The notes beneath the pieces were generated by a model. That model searched no databases and was not told the DNA's origin. It was given only the letters and a program-made list of their open reading frames with translations. Both the position numbers and the translations under genes were made by a program. A DNA stretch of 64,000 bases from Balanoglossus misakiensis. Taxonomy: Eukaryota > Animalia > Hemichordata. Positions 50,025 through 64,000 of the stretch are shown here, one piece after another. Each line of letters begins with the position of its first letter. The stretch's first letter is position 1. The DNA lies in the NCBI GenBank assembly GCA_040954595.2, contig CM082577.2:15073903-15137902 (forward strand), given 5' to 3'.

Positions 50025-53000
50025 ATTCGTTCGCACATCTGAACGTCTACCTGAACCACATCAAGCGTCTTGACAGCGGACCGGACAAAAACAACAGAAA
50101 GAAGATATTCTCCCGCTGAAAATATGTGACGCAGAAGTAGTCGGTCGATCGTGACTGCAGTTCACGTTCTCGCCGAAAAACAACAACAACAGAATATTTT
50201 CTTCTGTCGTTGAGGGCGTCATGGTGAAGGCAAGTCTGTCATATCAGGTGGGATACTTTGTTGTTCCATGACGCCTATGCGGGGAACGATTCCACTACAT
50301 ACTGAAAAGACTTTTGCTTTGATGCAATCTTTGCTCAGAGAAACAAGAGACAGGGTGTTGTCGGCATTCTTTTTGAACCCATCCCAGAATAAAGGAGATT
50401 TCCGCATTGTAGTGTTTGAGTAAAAGCGAAAATGTCTGAAAATCTTCCCCTTAAAAATTGCCATCCGAAATGATATGTGCACTTGCTTGACTAATATTGA
50501 CAAGACATTGGGCGAAATCCATAAATCTGTACACCAGTAAAGTTAATGATTAATATTACAGCACATTCAACAAACTTCAAATCATATATGATACCATTAT
50601 TGTATGTCAACAAATTTCCATGACATTTTCAGCTACATAAAGTTTTAATTAACAGAGTTTTTGTTTGAAGATGTTAATTCTAGAAGCCTGTTGAATGGCA
50701 GATCGCAGAGAATTTCAAAGTTGTGGCACAACGGTAGAGACACGTCCATGTTTTGAGTAGTTTGGTCTACACAACTGGTTTTTTGACTTGAGGCTCATAA
50801 CACCACAGGGGGCGCTCCCTTGGTGCTTTTATTGTGTGTGATCCACGAAAATATCCCAACACTAATCCTAACCATTGAATACACCCTAACCTAACTGTTT
50901 AATATACCCTAACATGTCAACAAAAAAACGTGACCATAACTGTTTATTGTGGCAATCAATAACAACACACACACACAATAAAAACATGGAGGGAGCTCCC
51001 CCTTGTGATAGTACAGCTTGATCAGATCCTGAATGCACACTGGGGCAAGAGGGTTTGAGTTTTATTTGTTGTCAAGTCTGCATTGACTGGCAACCAATGG
51101 AGACTACAAAGAACTGGTGACAGATTCTCATTTAGCAAATAACTTTGTCTTGTGATATCAACCAACTCAAGACCAATATCAATATGTGACACACATGATG
51201 GGTGTGTATGGAGAATGGGGGGGGGGGGTGTGTGGCTGGATACAGGCAACAGGCAAAACCAATGTTCATGTGAAAATACAACAAAGTTCCTCACTTGTTT
51301 CCAAGGCAATCAGTGCTTGAAAGGTCAGGGAAAGTGATACAGATTTATCAAATTTGGTTTCTGAAATAATTTTATCTTTGGGCCGACAAAACAAAACACA
51401 CATCATGTAAACACAGTATTTCTTTTATTATATTATTTTCAAAAAAATATCATTAAAACACAACATGTAATATGGCAGAAATTCCTGACATAAATAAAAC
51501 ATTCTCACAAGATAAAATATTTGTATACTTCAATACTAACTCTAGAAGTAGAAACGTACCAGTAAACAATATCAACACAAAATATGAAACAATATATACA
51601 TGGTATATGTGTGCTGATTAGGTCTTCTGGTCTATGAAGGTACATTAATTACTTCCAATAAATTTATTACCAATCAATTCCAACATACAGAACCCTAAAC
51701 CATATCCAATCCAAAAGAGGCATTGCTAAGATTGTCGCTAAACGACGACACTCTTTTATTTTTTAATACTCACACAGTTTTGCATTTAGATCTGGGAAGA
51801 CACTGTCACCTGACATGCAAGTGATGACATCACAAATTTGACTTGTGTCAATCCAGTACAGGGACACTGACCAACACAAAACATAACTACACAAATTACA
51901 TACAGATGTGTGCCCATTCCACAAAACATGACAACCCAATATGATTCTCCATCTGTTTGAAGTTTTCATGGTTGAAGATTTTGGAATGATTCAACATTCA
52001 ATACACTGAGGTACCAGCATCACAATATTAGAATGATACCAATGTAGTTTCTATTTGGAACACCAATGTGGCTAGTTTTGCTGAAATACAGAATACATGT
52101 TGCCTGATCATGCTTATTTTTTACCCTGAGGGGCTGTGAGTACAAGATATAGCATGCATTTTTTTGTAGGTAACGGATATGTTGGCTAATAAATAGATGC
52201 TTTTAACCTGAACATACAGTGAAACATGACTATTAATGACACCTTCAGGACAAAGTCTCTCCTTAATATAGAGAGGTGTTGATAATACACAGGTATCATT
52301 CTATTCAACTTTTGTCTTGAAATATCTGTCCTTAATTGAGATGTGTTCTGATTACAGAGGTGTCTGAAAGGACAGGTTTCATGAAATACATAATGCTCAT
52401 GCTACAACAATTCCAAAGTGGAATTCAGAAATGTCAGAAAACAACCCCACCCCTAACCTTAACCCTTTTAGTCAGACTGAATTGTGGGAAATGTCCAGTG
52501 GAAGTAACAAGCAGTACAGGGAAACACAATATCAAAGTCTAAGCAAACTGTCTGCCATAATTTGCTGCCTTGGCTAGTGACATTTTACTGCTCTTTTGAA
52601 AGACACAAGAACAGCCCTTCAACTGAGCATGGCAGATCAAAGACAAGGGTGCAACTCTTCAACTAAACATGGCGTGTCTGTCAAAGACATTTCTCTTCTG
52701 CTCCTGCACCTGGTGTTTCTGGCACTGACGGGCCGAACCAGTGCAAGAGAAGTTACTTGCAGACCGTCACCATGGAGTGAGAGTGGAAATCTCCTACAAA
52801 CGAGAAAAGAAGAACAAGGATATTTCATTCGGGAACTGACTAGCCTTCCATGTGGTGAAGATAAACCCCTTTCACAACCATGGTTTTGTCCAAATCCATT
52901 GTTTTCTATGATAATCTGGACCCTCAAAAAAGGGAATAGGGGTGAAAGGGTTAAAGATATGTCATCAGTTTTGTGAAACTGTGCCTTTGACAGAATTCAC

Positions 53001-53693
53001 CTTGGGTGTTTTTAAGCATGCCACATACAAAACAGGTGCATTCAGGGAATGTAGTTTTCTGTCAATTTATATATTTTAGGTCCTAAACTCCAAAAGTATT
53101 TTTTTCTTAAAGCCCAGATATAGGGGATTCTGATTGTATACAGTACACAACTGTTATTTATATGGCGCTTTTGGGGATCTTACAGAAATCAAATTTGACC
53201 CCATTTTGCAAAAACAATGCCTGATTTCATGGTTGAAATTAAGATATCTTGGTGTCAAAAGTGCGTCTGCAATCTTTTCTTAAACCTTCCAGTTAGCTTT
53301 CCTGATGATATAACTTCTTTCTATGGGAATTACATACAAATCTAACAGTAACACTTACAAAATCACATAAAAAAGAATGTACCTTGTTGAAAATGAACAA
53401 CACAAGTTCATTGAAACCTACCTCTGCTTCTTTTTGCAATGGCTGGGATTTCGGAATGCCTTTCTTTAGACACAACCATGGGTCAACAGCCAGCAAGTTC
53501 ACCATGTATACACACAGCGCGAATCAAGGTCACCACAAATATCACCATGACCTTGGAAAGAAAATTTAAATAAAATCAGAGAATAAACGCACAGTTGTAG
53601 TTCAAAGATTTGCTATTGTGGGGAAGCAGGTACATGTACGATGAAGGGAGATTGAAATCTGTACTGTAATTGCCTTCCTGTAAGTTTATTGTC

Positions 53694-54043
53694 TAGAATC
53701 CAGACTCCTGTGTTTTTTATGCTATACTCCACACAGGGTCTAGCAATTTGGTCTCCATCTTTGAAACGTTACTTAATTTCCTATTTGCTTGTCAAAGGAC
53801 TGCAGCCATGGCAACTTAGGTCACTGATATATATTGAGCAACATCCCTGCTCATTAATTCAGTCAATCAGTAGTAGATAGTAGACTTCTACATGTAATAT
53901 GTCATGATCATGATCACATGGTAAGCATTGACCTGCACTGCCATGGTTAGAGTCCTTTAACTTTCAACTTGTCAATAGCAAAAAAAAAAAAAAAAATGGA
54001 AACCAAATTACTAGACCCTGTGTGGGGAGCATAGAGAAAAACA
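53694..54043. mobile_element. TIR MITE family 2 copy 2
   Basis: Collinear similarity with 31168-31508; right end truncated. Confidence 0.7.
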
Positions 54044-54391
54044 TGGTAGGGGATATGGCCTGCTTGGGATGATTTTTGAGTTCTGTGCATCTTTTCTGCA
54101 CATGGCAAATTGTTGTTGGAATCAATCTCAATCTCCCACATCTATGGCTTCAAAGTGCAACACACCTTAACCTATTCAGTTGGATGATATTTTACTGCAA
54201 ATGGATAGTAAACACATCAGAATTGCAACCAACAGTTGTTCAAAATTTTCTGAGTTGGAAGAAAGCCTACAGCTACACTTCTCCAAAGATAAAAACCTTA
54301 ATTGCATGCAACGACCCTGGACACACAACCCTAAATATGTTCTATGCTTTATGTACAAAATATTCTGTGTAAGAAAATTGATGCTCGGTAA

Positions 54392-55192
54392 GGCTGCATT
54401 CACAAACACCTCTGGAGGGGGGGGGGCGGGAGAATTCAATTTTTTTTACCGTTAATTTTCACATGCCCCCCTCAACAACCCGAAATATTTTCAAATCCCC
54501 CCCTTCCGAACTGCTAAAATTTTCAAATCCCCCCCCCCATTTTCTTTCACACAGCAAAACACATCACCTATCTATCTTGTAAAAAAGGAAAACTGCGCTA
54601 CCATGAAAAGAATTTGAAACTGATGTTTCCCCTCATCAGTGGATATTAAAACAGAACATTGTTTCTATTTGTTAAGTATTTTGTATTCTGTGTTGGAAGA
54701 CATTGTAAACCGAGAATTGAAGGGGGTGGGTTTGGGAGGGGGTGTCCCCCTCGCACGTAAGAAAATTTTATAAAATACAGAGCTCAAAGCTGCATTTTAA
54801 TGAACCCGGCAAAAGCAAATTAACTCAACTACCGGTATGTTGGGGAGGACAAATTTAATCGTCGCCGCTCAAAGTTATCATGGGGTGGGGGCAAGTCCCA
54901 TGACCTGCGACACTAGATAAACCAGTCTATGATTGAAAGGTGTTGATGAATGGAGGGGGTGGGGGTGGGAGGGGGTGTCCCCCTCCCACATGAGAAAATT
55001 TTGTAAAATTAAGGGCGCGAAACTGCATTTTTGTGGACTCAAAATAAATATTTAGTCCTCAAAGTTTTCAAGTCCCCCCCTTTCAGTCCCTAAATTATTT
55101 CAAATCCCCCCCTTACATACCCTCAATTTTTTCAAATCCCCCCCCTCAATTCTCCTGCCCCCTCCCCTCCAGAGGTGTTTGTGAATGCAGCC
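54392..55192. mobile_element. Harbinger-like MITE
   Basis: TIR ggctgcattcacaaacacctctggagggg / cccctccagaggtgtttgtgaatgcagcc; TAA TSD. Confidence 0.9.
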
Positions 55193-55654
55193 TAAACATC
55201 ATGATTTCCTTCCTGCCCTCAGGCTGGCGCTCTCTGCTTGGGCATCATCAACATTATGCTCAGAGATCACCACCCCTTTGCGTACAGGCTAAAAAATCAT
55301 GAAATTGCCCTCGCTATAAAACATGTTATTATTTAACTATTTGCTGGCCATGGCCTCAGCAAAAAACTCACCATTGTTCTGCAAATACATTTCTTATGTA
55401 GATACTACGCACATTTCTTATGTAGATACTACGCGTCTGTTTGTTGTCAGGATTTGATGGACACAATCAATTTTACCTTGCATCGTTGAACTGGGTCTGG
55501 TGGAAGGGAAAAAATTCAGATTTTATTGACTTCCAAATGTCACTACATTTTGATGTTTGTGGCAGTACACACTGATATCTTTGCTGGTGACACAGTTACA
55601 ATTACTCCACAATACAACCTGTGTTTAACTTCACATAAATCATGAGCTTACTAA

Positions 55655-56626
55655 GGGACTAGTCGGTTGCTTCAGCCTGGGGGGGGGGTGGATTATAGGG
55701 GAGGGGATCACCCTGTTTTTGAATTGGGTGACGGGTGGGGGGGGTCACCTAGTGACCTTGTTTTGGGAATGCTGAATGAGGGACTGAACAATTGCTTTTG
55801 AGTCCACAAAAATACAGTTTCGAGAAAATTATCTAATGTGGGAGGGGTCAACCACCCCCTTGAATCTTGGCAGTGCAGAGTGGGCTACTTGCCTCGCCCT
55901 TAGTCTACCGATGTTGAGTTTGAAGGGCAAACGTAAAATTTGTCCTCCCCAACATTATTGAGTTGATTTGCTTTTGAGTTTATTAAAATTCAGTTTTGAG
56001 CTCTGAATTTTACAAAATTGTTTATCGTGGGAGGGGGACACCCCTCCGACCCTCCAACACCCATCCCCTTCACTTCTCTTGATTTACTATGTCTGCCAAC
56101 TATTGTAATCATGACTTGTATTTTTAATTTATTCAGGTCTTACTTTAATTATTTCAATTTATATATACATGCAAATTGTCATTGTAACGAATTCACCAAC
56201 AGCAGAATGTTATTTACATTTGCCCCCCCCCCCCCACCTGCCAACCAAAAAACAACCATATACATGTATTGCTTCCTACACCCCTGTTCTTATATCTAGT
56301 ACATGGAAAGCTATTACAACTTGTTAGCTGAAGTACTAGTAGTATATTTTCAGTGGATAAAAATAGCTCATAACTTGTAAATAAAGAATTTTTGCAGGTG
56401 TTATCATGAAAGACATTCAAACAGATTTTATCTACACACATATATATACATAGATCTGATATATATATATACATGTACATATACACACTCAAACAAACAC
56501 AAATCGGTGGGGGTCACAAAAATATGGAATGTTGTGGGGGGGGGGGGAGGTCAGTCACTTTTTGTTATCCACAATATACCAGTATAATTTACCAATCCCC
56601 CCAAGCTGAAGAAACTGACCAGTCCC
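55655..56626. mobile_element. Harbinger-like MITE (different TIR)
   Basis: gggactagtcggttgcttcagcctgggg / ccccaagctgaagaaactgaccagtccc; TAA TSD. Confidence 0.8.
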
Positions 56627-59179
56627 TAATGAGGTAATGAGTGATCCGAACACAGAGACTTGAAACACAAGGCGATCGCCTGGGCTACAGCTCCAAAGCG
56701 ATTGTGACTGAGTGAAAGGTCAACAACATTGCAAACCGGAAGTATCGATATCCGTTTTGCTTTGTAAACGCGTTTTGGATTCATACGCGGAGGCAGAGCA
56801 AACAAATCTCACCTGAATGCAGACTGATGCCGCCACTCCCACGAACAGCTATAGAATATAAGGTTTCACGACAGTAAACCAAGGTTAGGTCAGACCAATC
56901 ATAAGCGAGTCACCATTTTCCCATTCCCGTGATTCGATTCGATTGCATGAGGGCGCACTGTGCGCCAAGCCCAGGAAGAACACAACGTCAAACAAAATGT
57001 GCTTCTTTTGTTTTTATGCGTGTTACGTTGTCCATGTGTCCAATGGTTCATCGACCAGGTGAACCTCACTTTTATTCCTTTGTATTAGCACACCGCGTGA
57101 CCAGGTGTCAGTGAATTGTGTATTTTAGTCGTATAAAAGACGTCAGTACAGTGCCACGTCGCCTCGGTGCTATTTGTACAAGGTTTCTATGCCACGTTGT
57201 CTCCACATTGATAAGTTGACATCCAACCTCGTGCTTATTACCTACATGTGGTCCCGTCACCATCATCAAGGATTCTTGTTGTATCCCGATGGATGCTATG
57301 TTCCAGTGGTCTTTCAAGAAAGTAGTGTTCTTGAAGCAAGTTGGAGATCCGTGAGTACACCACATGTGAACCGACCTGGATCTGGTCTTTCCAGCTTCGT
57401 ATGCGGGTTTTTCTTTGTGGACTATTCTAAACTTTCGAGAACTTGAATGTCTGTATTGTTCACCCTCCGATTACGCCACCCTGTGTGAACCCGCGTCCTC
57501 GAACTGGAAATTTCATGGTTTCCTTCTGCTCTAACTCGTCAGGAAAATATTGTGAGGTAATACGTGATTGTTCCTTGAAAACTTTAACGATAGAAATATT
57601 ACATGCAAATTCCCAGGACCAGTATTAATTGTCAGTCTATTATCTTTTGGTGGAATGTTGTAGTTTCTGTTGGTCGTTTAAATTGTCACAGAATATGTTT
57701 TCAACATATTGTTGTACTTATTAATTTTATATTTTTCAAGTTAATTAAATAAGACTATTTAATGAATAATATGCGTGTATGTGAAATTTGTTTGACCGTT
57801 ATTCTGTCCAAATAGTTTCTTAACAAGCTTTATCATATGCCTATATTCACGTGCCCATGTAAAGTCTATGGGGAAAAGCGCCCTCACATCCGTGCAGTTT
57901 TTTTTTGCTTTTCACGCTCCGGCCAGGTGACCATATTTGGAAGACGCGTTCAATATCCGGATCTAGTTTTGTGTTTATTGCGCGAGATTCGAAAGTTGTC
58001 GTTGCTACGTTCTGAATTATTTTTTTTGGTGCGGTGTCAGTGACTAGTGCACTTGCAGTGTGTGTACGTCCTATGCCGCTACCGAACCCCATCATCTCCC
58101 GTAATCGCTGCATGTTGTAGAGCTTTATTTGGAAATATGAATAGTAAAATTGATGATTTGATCTGATTAATGTGTGACTGTCGGCGTCGATCGTCGCGAA
58201 GACAAAATAATGTTTTGCTCGCGCTCGGCTCTGTGAGTTCGAGCGCGTCTATATCTCACGTGCAATAGAATGTAAACAAATGACATCGTGCATATCAATC
58301 CGCAAGAACTGGAGTAATGCGCCTATATGCTACGGGATAGATCATTTCAAAACGATAGATAAACACGTAATATTTACATTCCAAAATATTACAGAATGTG
58401 CATTTTATTAGATTCTTGTAGATTATCGTTCAATAAGGCATATGATAAAACCTTTACGGCCCTGATACGGGTTTTGCGGCCTGCGGTCGGGCGCTTCCGC
58501 AGTACGACCTCGGGCCGCAAAACCCGTATCAGGGCCGTAAAGATTAGAGAGGTTTAGTTACACGTAAATACGCGTACGTCTGACGGCGGGCAGTGGCGTT
58601 AGCGTATGTGTAGCGACGCGTGAATTTTGCGGTTTAGTTGTCCGTTTTGAATAACAAAAATATTTAAAATCAATAGAAAATTCGAATATTTTTCACTTAA
58701 ATAATTTTTGTGTGTGATGAATATTCTCTAAGATCACCACCCTTGCAATAAGTTTCTTGATTGCAGTGGAAATATGGTGTAGTGAAGTTTTCCGATGTCC
58801 TTGTCGAGGCGTCCACTGAAAACTTAGCATAGGAATAATTTATTGCGTGTGAAGTTAACGCGTAGCGTGAGTGAACGCGTACCAAGTCATCGGGTCGCGC
58901 GCACCGAAACCATCAGCTCAGCCTGAATTCGTAACTCAACTTGGTACCGAAACTCTCGCTCGGAGCTAGCTGTAGTACGCAGCTGTACCGTTGGGGGGGG
59001 GGGGGGGGGGTCTAGGCGTCATTTTTAAAACTCGGTTTATTTCGTCGCCATTGCATTCTTTCAATGGGGCTGTTCTTTTCTACACGACCGGATTATTGGC
59101 GATGATTACGTATACTCCCATGGAGATCGGAAACGTTTTTTTAATAGATACTTTAATTTACGACTTGCTCCTACATTAA

Positions 59180-59684
59180 AGGCACATGAGCTGCAACTGG
59201 ATAAAAAAATTAAAGTTCTAAATAATCTCGTATATGCTTTTAATCATGTCTAGTAAATGATATTTCATGATAATATATCAAGCTCAACACTTATTTATGA
59301 CAAAATGGCCAAAAATTGATGAAAAACGAAAATTCCGGCAATTTTTAAAAAAGTACAATATTGGAATGAAAAAGGAAAATATAATGTCTCAGCAGTGTAC
59401 ATTTACTTCCATGAGCTCAAGTGGACGAGATCATGTTTTGTTTATAACGTTTCATAACCGGAAATGCAACATTTTCGTTGTTTCTTGCATTTTCCCACGG
59501 TGGCGGCCATAATGGCTTGCGGCAAAGCTTTATTATTTATCTGGTTAGAACTTGCATATGCTCTCATATTTAGGGTTTATAATGCTTGTGTTTAGTTCAC
59601 TGCCTTCATCTGCATATACTAATGGTAGTACAGTTTGAAACAAAAATTATGATAATTATCCCAAAAGTTGCAGCTTATGTGCCT
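59180..59684. mobile_element. Kolobok-like MITE
   Basis: TTAA|aggcacatgagctgcaact ... agttgcagcttatgtgcct|TTAA. Confidence 0.8.
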
Positions 59685-61404
59685 TTAATACCAGGGCTCC
59701 CTTTCGGTTTCCGGTGATCATTCAATTGTGGGGTGCACGTGGACAGATTGTCAATACCGTACAAAATGGCCCCTTTGTGAGTTTCACTGACTAGATCGTT
59801 CAGGATTGAACTTTGGAAAGTTACTTTCCATAACAAAAAAATTAGCAAAGGCAAGCCAGCGACGTGTGTTTTTGGAGTTACACGGCCTCCACAATGTAGT
59901 ACGCAGGTCTACAGCGAAGTCCTGCTCTTCAAAATCGGATCGATATTTCAGCAGATCTAGGCTTATGGAAACACCTTGAAGAAATCATGTTCCACTTGGA
60001 GACTGGCCGAATGTACGATCGGGTAAATTCGGCAACAAATCCGACAACCCGGCGGTAACTGTCGGCTTGCTTCCACAAAGTCACGTGCTTGTCCGAGTGG
60101 AAGGACCATCACCATTTTACTAATGGGTGGGTCAGGTATGAAGTCCGAACGAGAACGAATTTCTCCTTTACACATTCTAAAACAGTTATGTGAAACATCG
60201 TAATCTGTCATATATAGATAATATTCCATGGTTTTCATTTCACCGTCAAGTAATTACTATATACGGATGTCCCAACATGGTTATTTTTGAAAGCTTGGGC
60301 ATAGTCACAGTATCCAACAAAATGGGCTTGTTTCTAAGCGAAGAGCGAACACTCGAAGCTTTGTCCGATGACTGACTTTATTCCACAACTGCACTTTGTT
60401 TGAGTGGACGCTCGTTTTGTCGTGGAAAACCACTGCTCGATGATGTGTTTTATCAGAAATAAAATGTCACTTGTCGCATAATAGGGGACTGGGTATTTTC
60501 CAACTCCAACTGACTGTACGGAAACAGTTCCAGAAAGGTTTTATCAACATCCATTGTAACCACCTGTGCATGTAATCGGCGGTCCTTGGACGTGTACTGT
60601 ATCTTTCCTTGGCGTGTTTTGTGTCAGTAAAATTAATGCATGGTAACGGAAAAAATGACACGCACAATTTGCCGAGTTTTATTCATCAGGCTACAAAGTT
60701 TGAGTTTTTAATTTCTTCAAGTTTCTCCATCGTATAATGTCTTCATAAGCATCAACAATGTTGCAAATCTTGTTACATGCCCATTGTATCAGCCACAGGT
60801 CGCGCCGCGCAGTTGAGAGCTCAAGCGCTCTCAACTACGGCGCGACCTGTGGAATCAGCCTGATAAAATCAGGTGTCTCATTTAATTTAGACGCGCGTTG
60901 CCACTGCAGTGAATTTTCAGTGTTATTCAAATCTTGCCGAACTGATAATTCTTTCTTTTGTTATTATAATCCCAACCAGGACGTGTTGCATTGAACTGAA
61001 TATTTTGTCTAATTATAGGCTAGAGTGCATGAGCAGTGGGTTTATTCTGGATTTTTCTGGATGCTAATTATCATACTCGCATGCGCAGATGCCACTCTGT
61101 CCGTTAGTGGCATTTGAATTCGAAGACGGCATCTTTTCTTTGTCTTTCAGTTTGGAAACATGGACGGCGGCTGATCTCTGGTAAAACTGCGCGGTGGAAA
61201 TGGTTATGGAGTGATCGGCATTGGTCCCGGAGTGTAACGCTGCGAATATGGTGACATTGTTGTGTGTTTTGTTGATTGTATGCGCTGTGCTGTATCGTTT
61301 TGTCACTGTTTTTCTTTGCAACTGGCGCGCCATGTAAACATTGTGCACAAACAAACAGGGGTACTTTGAGAAATACAAATGTCTGCATGGGTATAATATT
61401 TTGG

Positions 61405-61870
61405 TTTCAAAGGTGTGATGAGTAATGTACTGTAAAATCGAGGGTTATGCCACGTGGTAAAGTGTTAACAAAGGGTAACAAAATGACAAGTGTGTGGTTA
61501 AATGGTTTTATGGTATAGTGAAACAAATGTGTACTTAAAGGTAATAATACCACGTGGTTACATATAATTCTGTACAGAGGGTTAAGATGACTATAGTGAA
61601 AAAAGTTGTAACGGCCGGGTTTTGCCACGTGGTAAAGTGTTAACAAAGGGCATTTAAAAGTGACTGGTGTGTGGTTTTATGGTCTAGTGAAAACAATGAA
61701 TAAAGGGAAATTAATTAAATTATTCCACGTGGTTACATTAATTCTGTACAGAGGGCTAATAATAATATGAGTTGGTGTGTTATGGGTTTAAAGTGTAGTA
61801 ACAAAGAGGTGAAACCGGTAATGCCACATGGTCAAATTAAATGTGTTCAGGTTGTAAAGGGTAATGCAGA
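61405..61870. repeat. Degenerate ~175-195 bp tandem repeat (2-3 units)
   Basis: gccacgtggtaaagtgttaacaaaggg at 61449 and 61624; ccacgtggttacat..attctgtacagaggg twice. Confidence 0.75.
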
Positions 61871-62022
61871 CAAGGGTGTGTAATATAGTTGTAATACAAT
61901 TGTGTAATGATTATATAAATGTACGTTTAACATGTTCTTTTTTCTTTTATAGAAATTATTTTCGCAGTGCGCTCATGTGATTCGTCCGTGGATTTTCTCG
62001 CAATTTTCTCCGCGATCGTGTT

Positions 62023-62340
62023 CTTCGATGCCATTCGCTCGTCTGCATTTTCTTCGTCTCTTGTCGCCATTCGCTCGTCGCCAACGTGTTCGTCGCCATT
62101 CGCTCGTCCGCATTTCTTCGTCGCTTGTCGCCATTCGCTCGTCGCCAATGTGTCCTTCGATGCCATTCGCTCGTCCGCATTTTTTCGTCGCTCGTCGCCA
62201 TTTGCTCGTCGTCAACGTTTTCGTCGCCATTCGCTCGTCCGCATTTCTTCGTCGCTTGTCGCCATTCGCTCGTCGCCAATGTGTCCTTCGATGCCATTCG
62301 CTCGTCCGCATTTCTTCGTCGCTCGTCGCCATACACTCGC
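62023..62340. repeat. Nested minisatellite (cgccattcgctcgtc subunits, ~128 bp higher-order period)
   Basis: Direct inspection; explains overlapping spurious ORFs. Confidence 0.9.
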
Positions 62341-64000
62341 GTGCGTGTTTCCTTCGCCCCTCGTTCATCGCAATTCATAAAAAAAATGAAAAACCAGCAA
62401 AACGATTCGGGTTAGTTTGAGCCCCCAGCCTTTAATATTTGCATCAAACAATGGGGGAGAGGGCAGTGTTTCCTCATTTTATGTTTGGCTCGAGGTTTTT
62501 AACTGTCCCTCAGGCGCGTAAACGAACTTCAAGTTAGATTATCACACAGAATGTAATTATCTTGCATAAAAAAAAGAACAAAACTTATATGGGGGAGAAA
62601 TGGGACCAAGAAGCTTTTGGTTTTTACCCATTAGGCACTTAATTAACTTAAAAAAATATTAATTAACTCCAGGGTAAAGCCGAAAGCTATTGCGTGCACC
62701 ATCAACAAACTATTTTGGCACTTTATATCAGTATGATGAGCAGATATTATTTCTGTTCATCATTTCAATTTGAATACTATGACACGTTTCAAATGGGTAT
62801 GCAAGATTTATTACATCAGCAGTTAGCCACACTTAGCTACACTATATATGAACAAATAATGAAATTAATTTTACCCACAAGAGGTCTTCTTGGAGGATGT
62901 TTCTACATGGACAGTTCGACTCTGTCAATGCCTAGGGTTGTAACATTAATCTTCATTATAGTTCATATATAGTGAATAAATTTATTCCAAATTCATTTGT
63001 TAAGTTCTTACTTTGTTCAAAATTTTAAAAGCATCGTTTCCGTTAGGCGCTCAATGTTACTCTACTCGTCTTGCCCACTTTTCACATGATTCCAGTTCTT
63101 AACTCCGCGAAAAATAAGCTCTGGGAAATTGCTGTCCACCAGCCGTGCTTCCAACTCAAGGCAGAAAATTTACTTGTATTTTATGCGATTCAAAGCAAGG
63201 CACATTGCACAATTCACATATAAAGTTTACTGTTGTGATTTTAACTCTTCAGGTTAACTAATAAAGATAGGCTGAAATATTTGTTATGTGATGCAATGGG
63301 GCAAAACACTTAGAGTGGGGGGGGGGGGGGGTTCACACCATACTCATACTCGCTGCGTAGCACCAATGTTGGGTCTGGGCCGGTGTAGAAAAACCAATGT
63401 GGACACGCTAAGTGGGCACAGGGCTGACTTAGTTTGGGCGCATTCTATGTGAGTAAATATCCCATTTGTTTTCGTTTGTGTCGGCCACTTACCTGGAAAC
63501 CACCTCATTTGATTTCATGTTAATTGCATATTTGATCAGCAGATGCTAAAAAACTGACATGCCTACCAGCAACCATTGGCAAACACGAAAACAATCAAAT
63601 TCATTATGTTATTTGTGTAGAGGCCATACATTGTCACTGTGTGGCACTATAGCAATTGCCACTGAAGAGCCACATCCCTGTTAGTCTAGTATCTAGCCGT
63701 ATTTTGTCTGCTTTGCTTTCAAAACTACGTCAAGCTTCATGCATGCCATTGGCCCAATTTCCAATGATTGGACTTAGGTTATACATATATGTGTGAAGGA
63801 TGGGTAACATTTTTATTTTAAACTTAGCTTTCCTTTACACCAAATCACCATTGTTCACTTTATGTAAGTAACTTCATTCAAGGGGACGCTAGTTACAACA
63901 CAAAACCCCCTAGCTAGATTATAATTATCCACACCCTACAATCTCTATATTGGAGAATAACTGTGTACACGTGTCATATGCGATACAATCACTCTAAAAT

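Noticed and set aside
59900-60620. Exon-like minus-strand fragments
   Set aside because: Candidate splice sites do not chain into an open frame and I recognise no domain; could be a decayed gene but is unsupported
61927-62420. Six overlapping ORFs
   Set aside because: Product of a stop-poor minisatellite

Overview
AT-rich, repeat-dense eukaryotic (animal) genomic DNA; a marine invertebrate origin is my inference. Two spliced genes diverge from a ~3.8 kb gap. (1) Minus strand: a lamin-type intermediate-filament (IF) gene with coil-1A and helix-termination motifs, lamin-like intron phases and the start of a lamin-tail (Ig) domain; it runs off the left edge. Its rod exon has a phase-0 acceptor and no ATG, and appears to be fed by a 3.2 kb exon (22278-25514) encoding ~31 acidic 33-aa repeats. 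(2) Plus strand: a 16-exon gene (~29.3-46.4 kb, ~1,200 aa) built from seven copies of a Cys-containing ~95-aa domain I do not recognise, each encoded by an exon pair, with one apparent 1-bp frameshift. The long IF intron holds a 12 kb stack of ~1.4 kb non-autonomous elements whose end arrangement suggests nested self-insertion. Elsewhere: Harbinger- and Kolobok-like MITEs, a foldback element carrying a BEL/Pao-like LTR+PBS fragment, palindromic elements and microsatellites. No rRNA, intact tRNA or CRISPR array seen.
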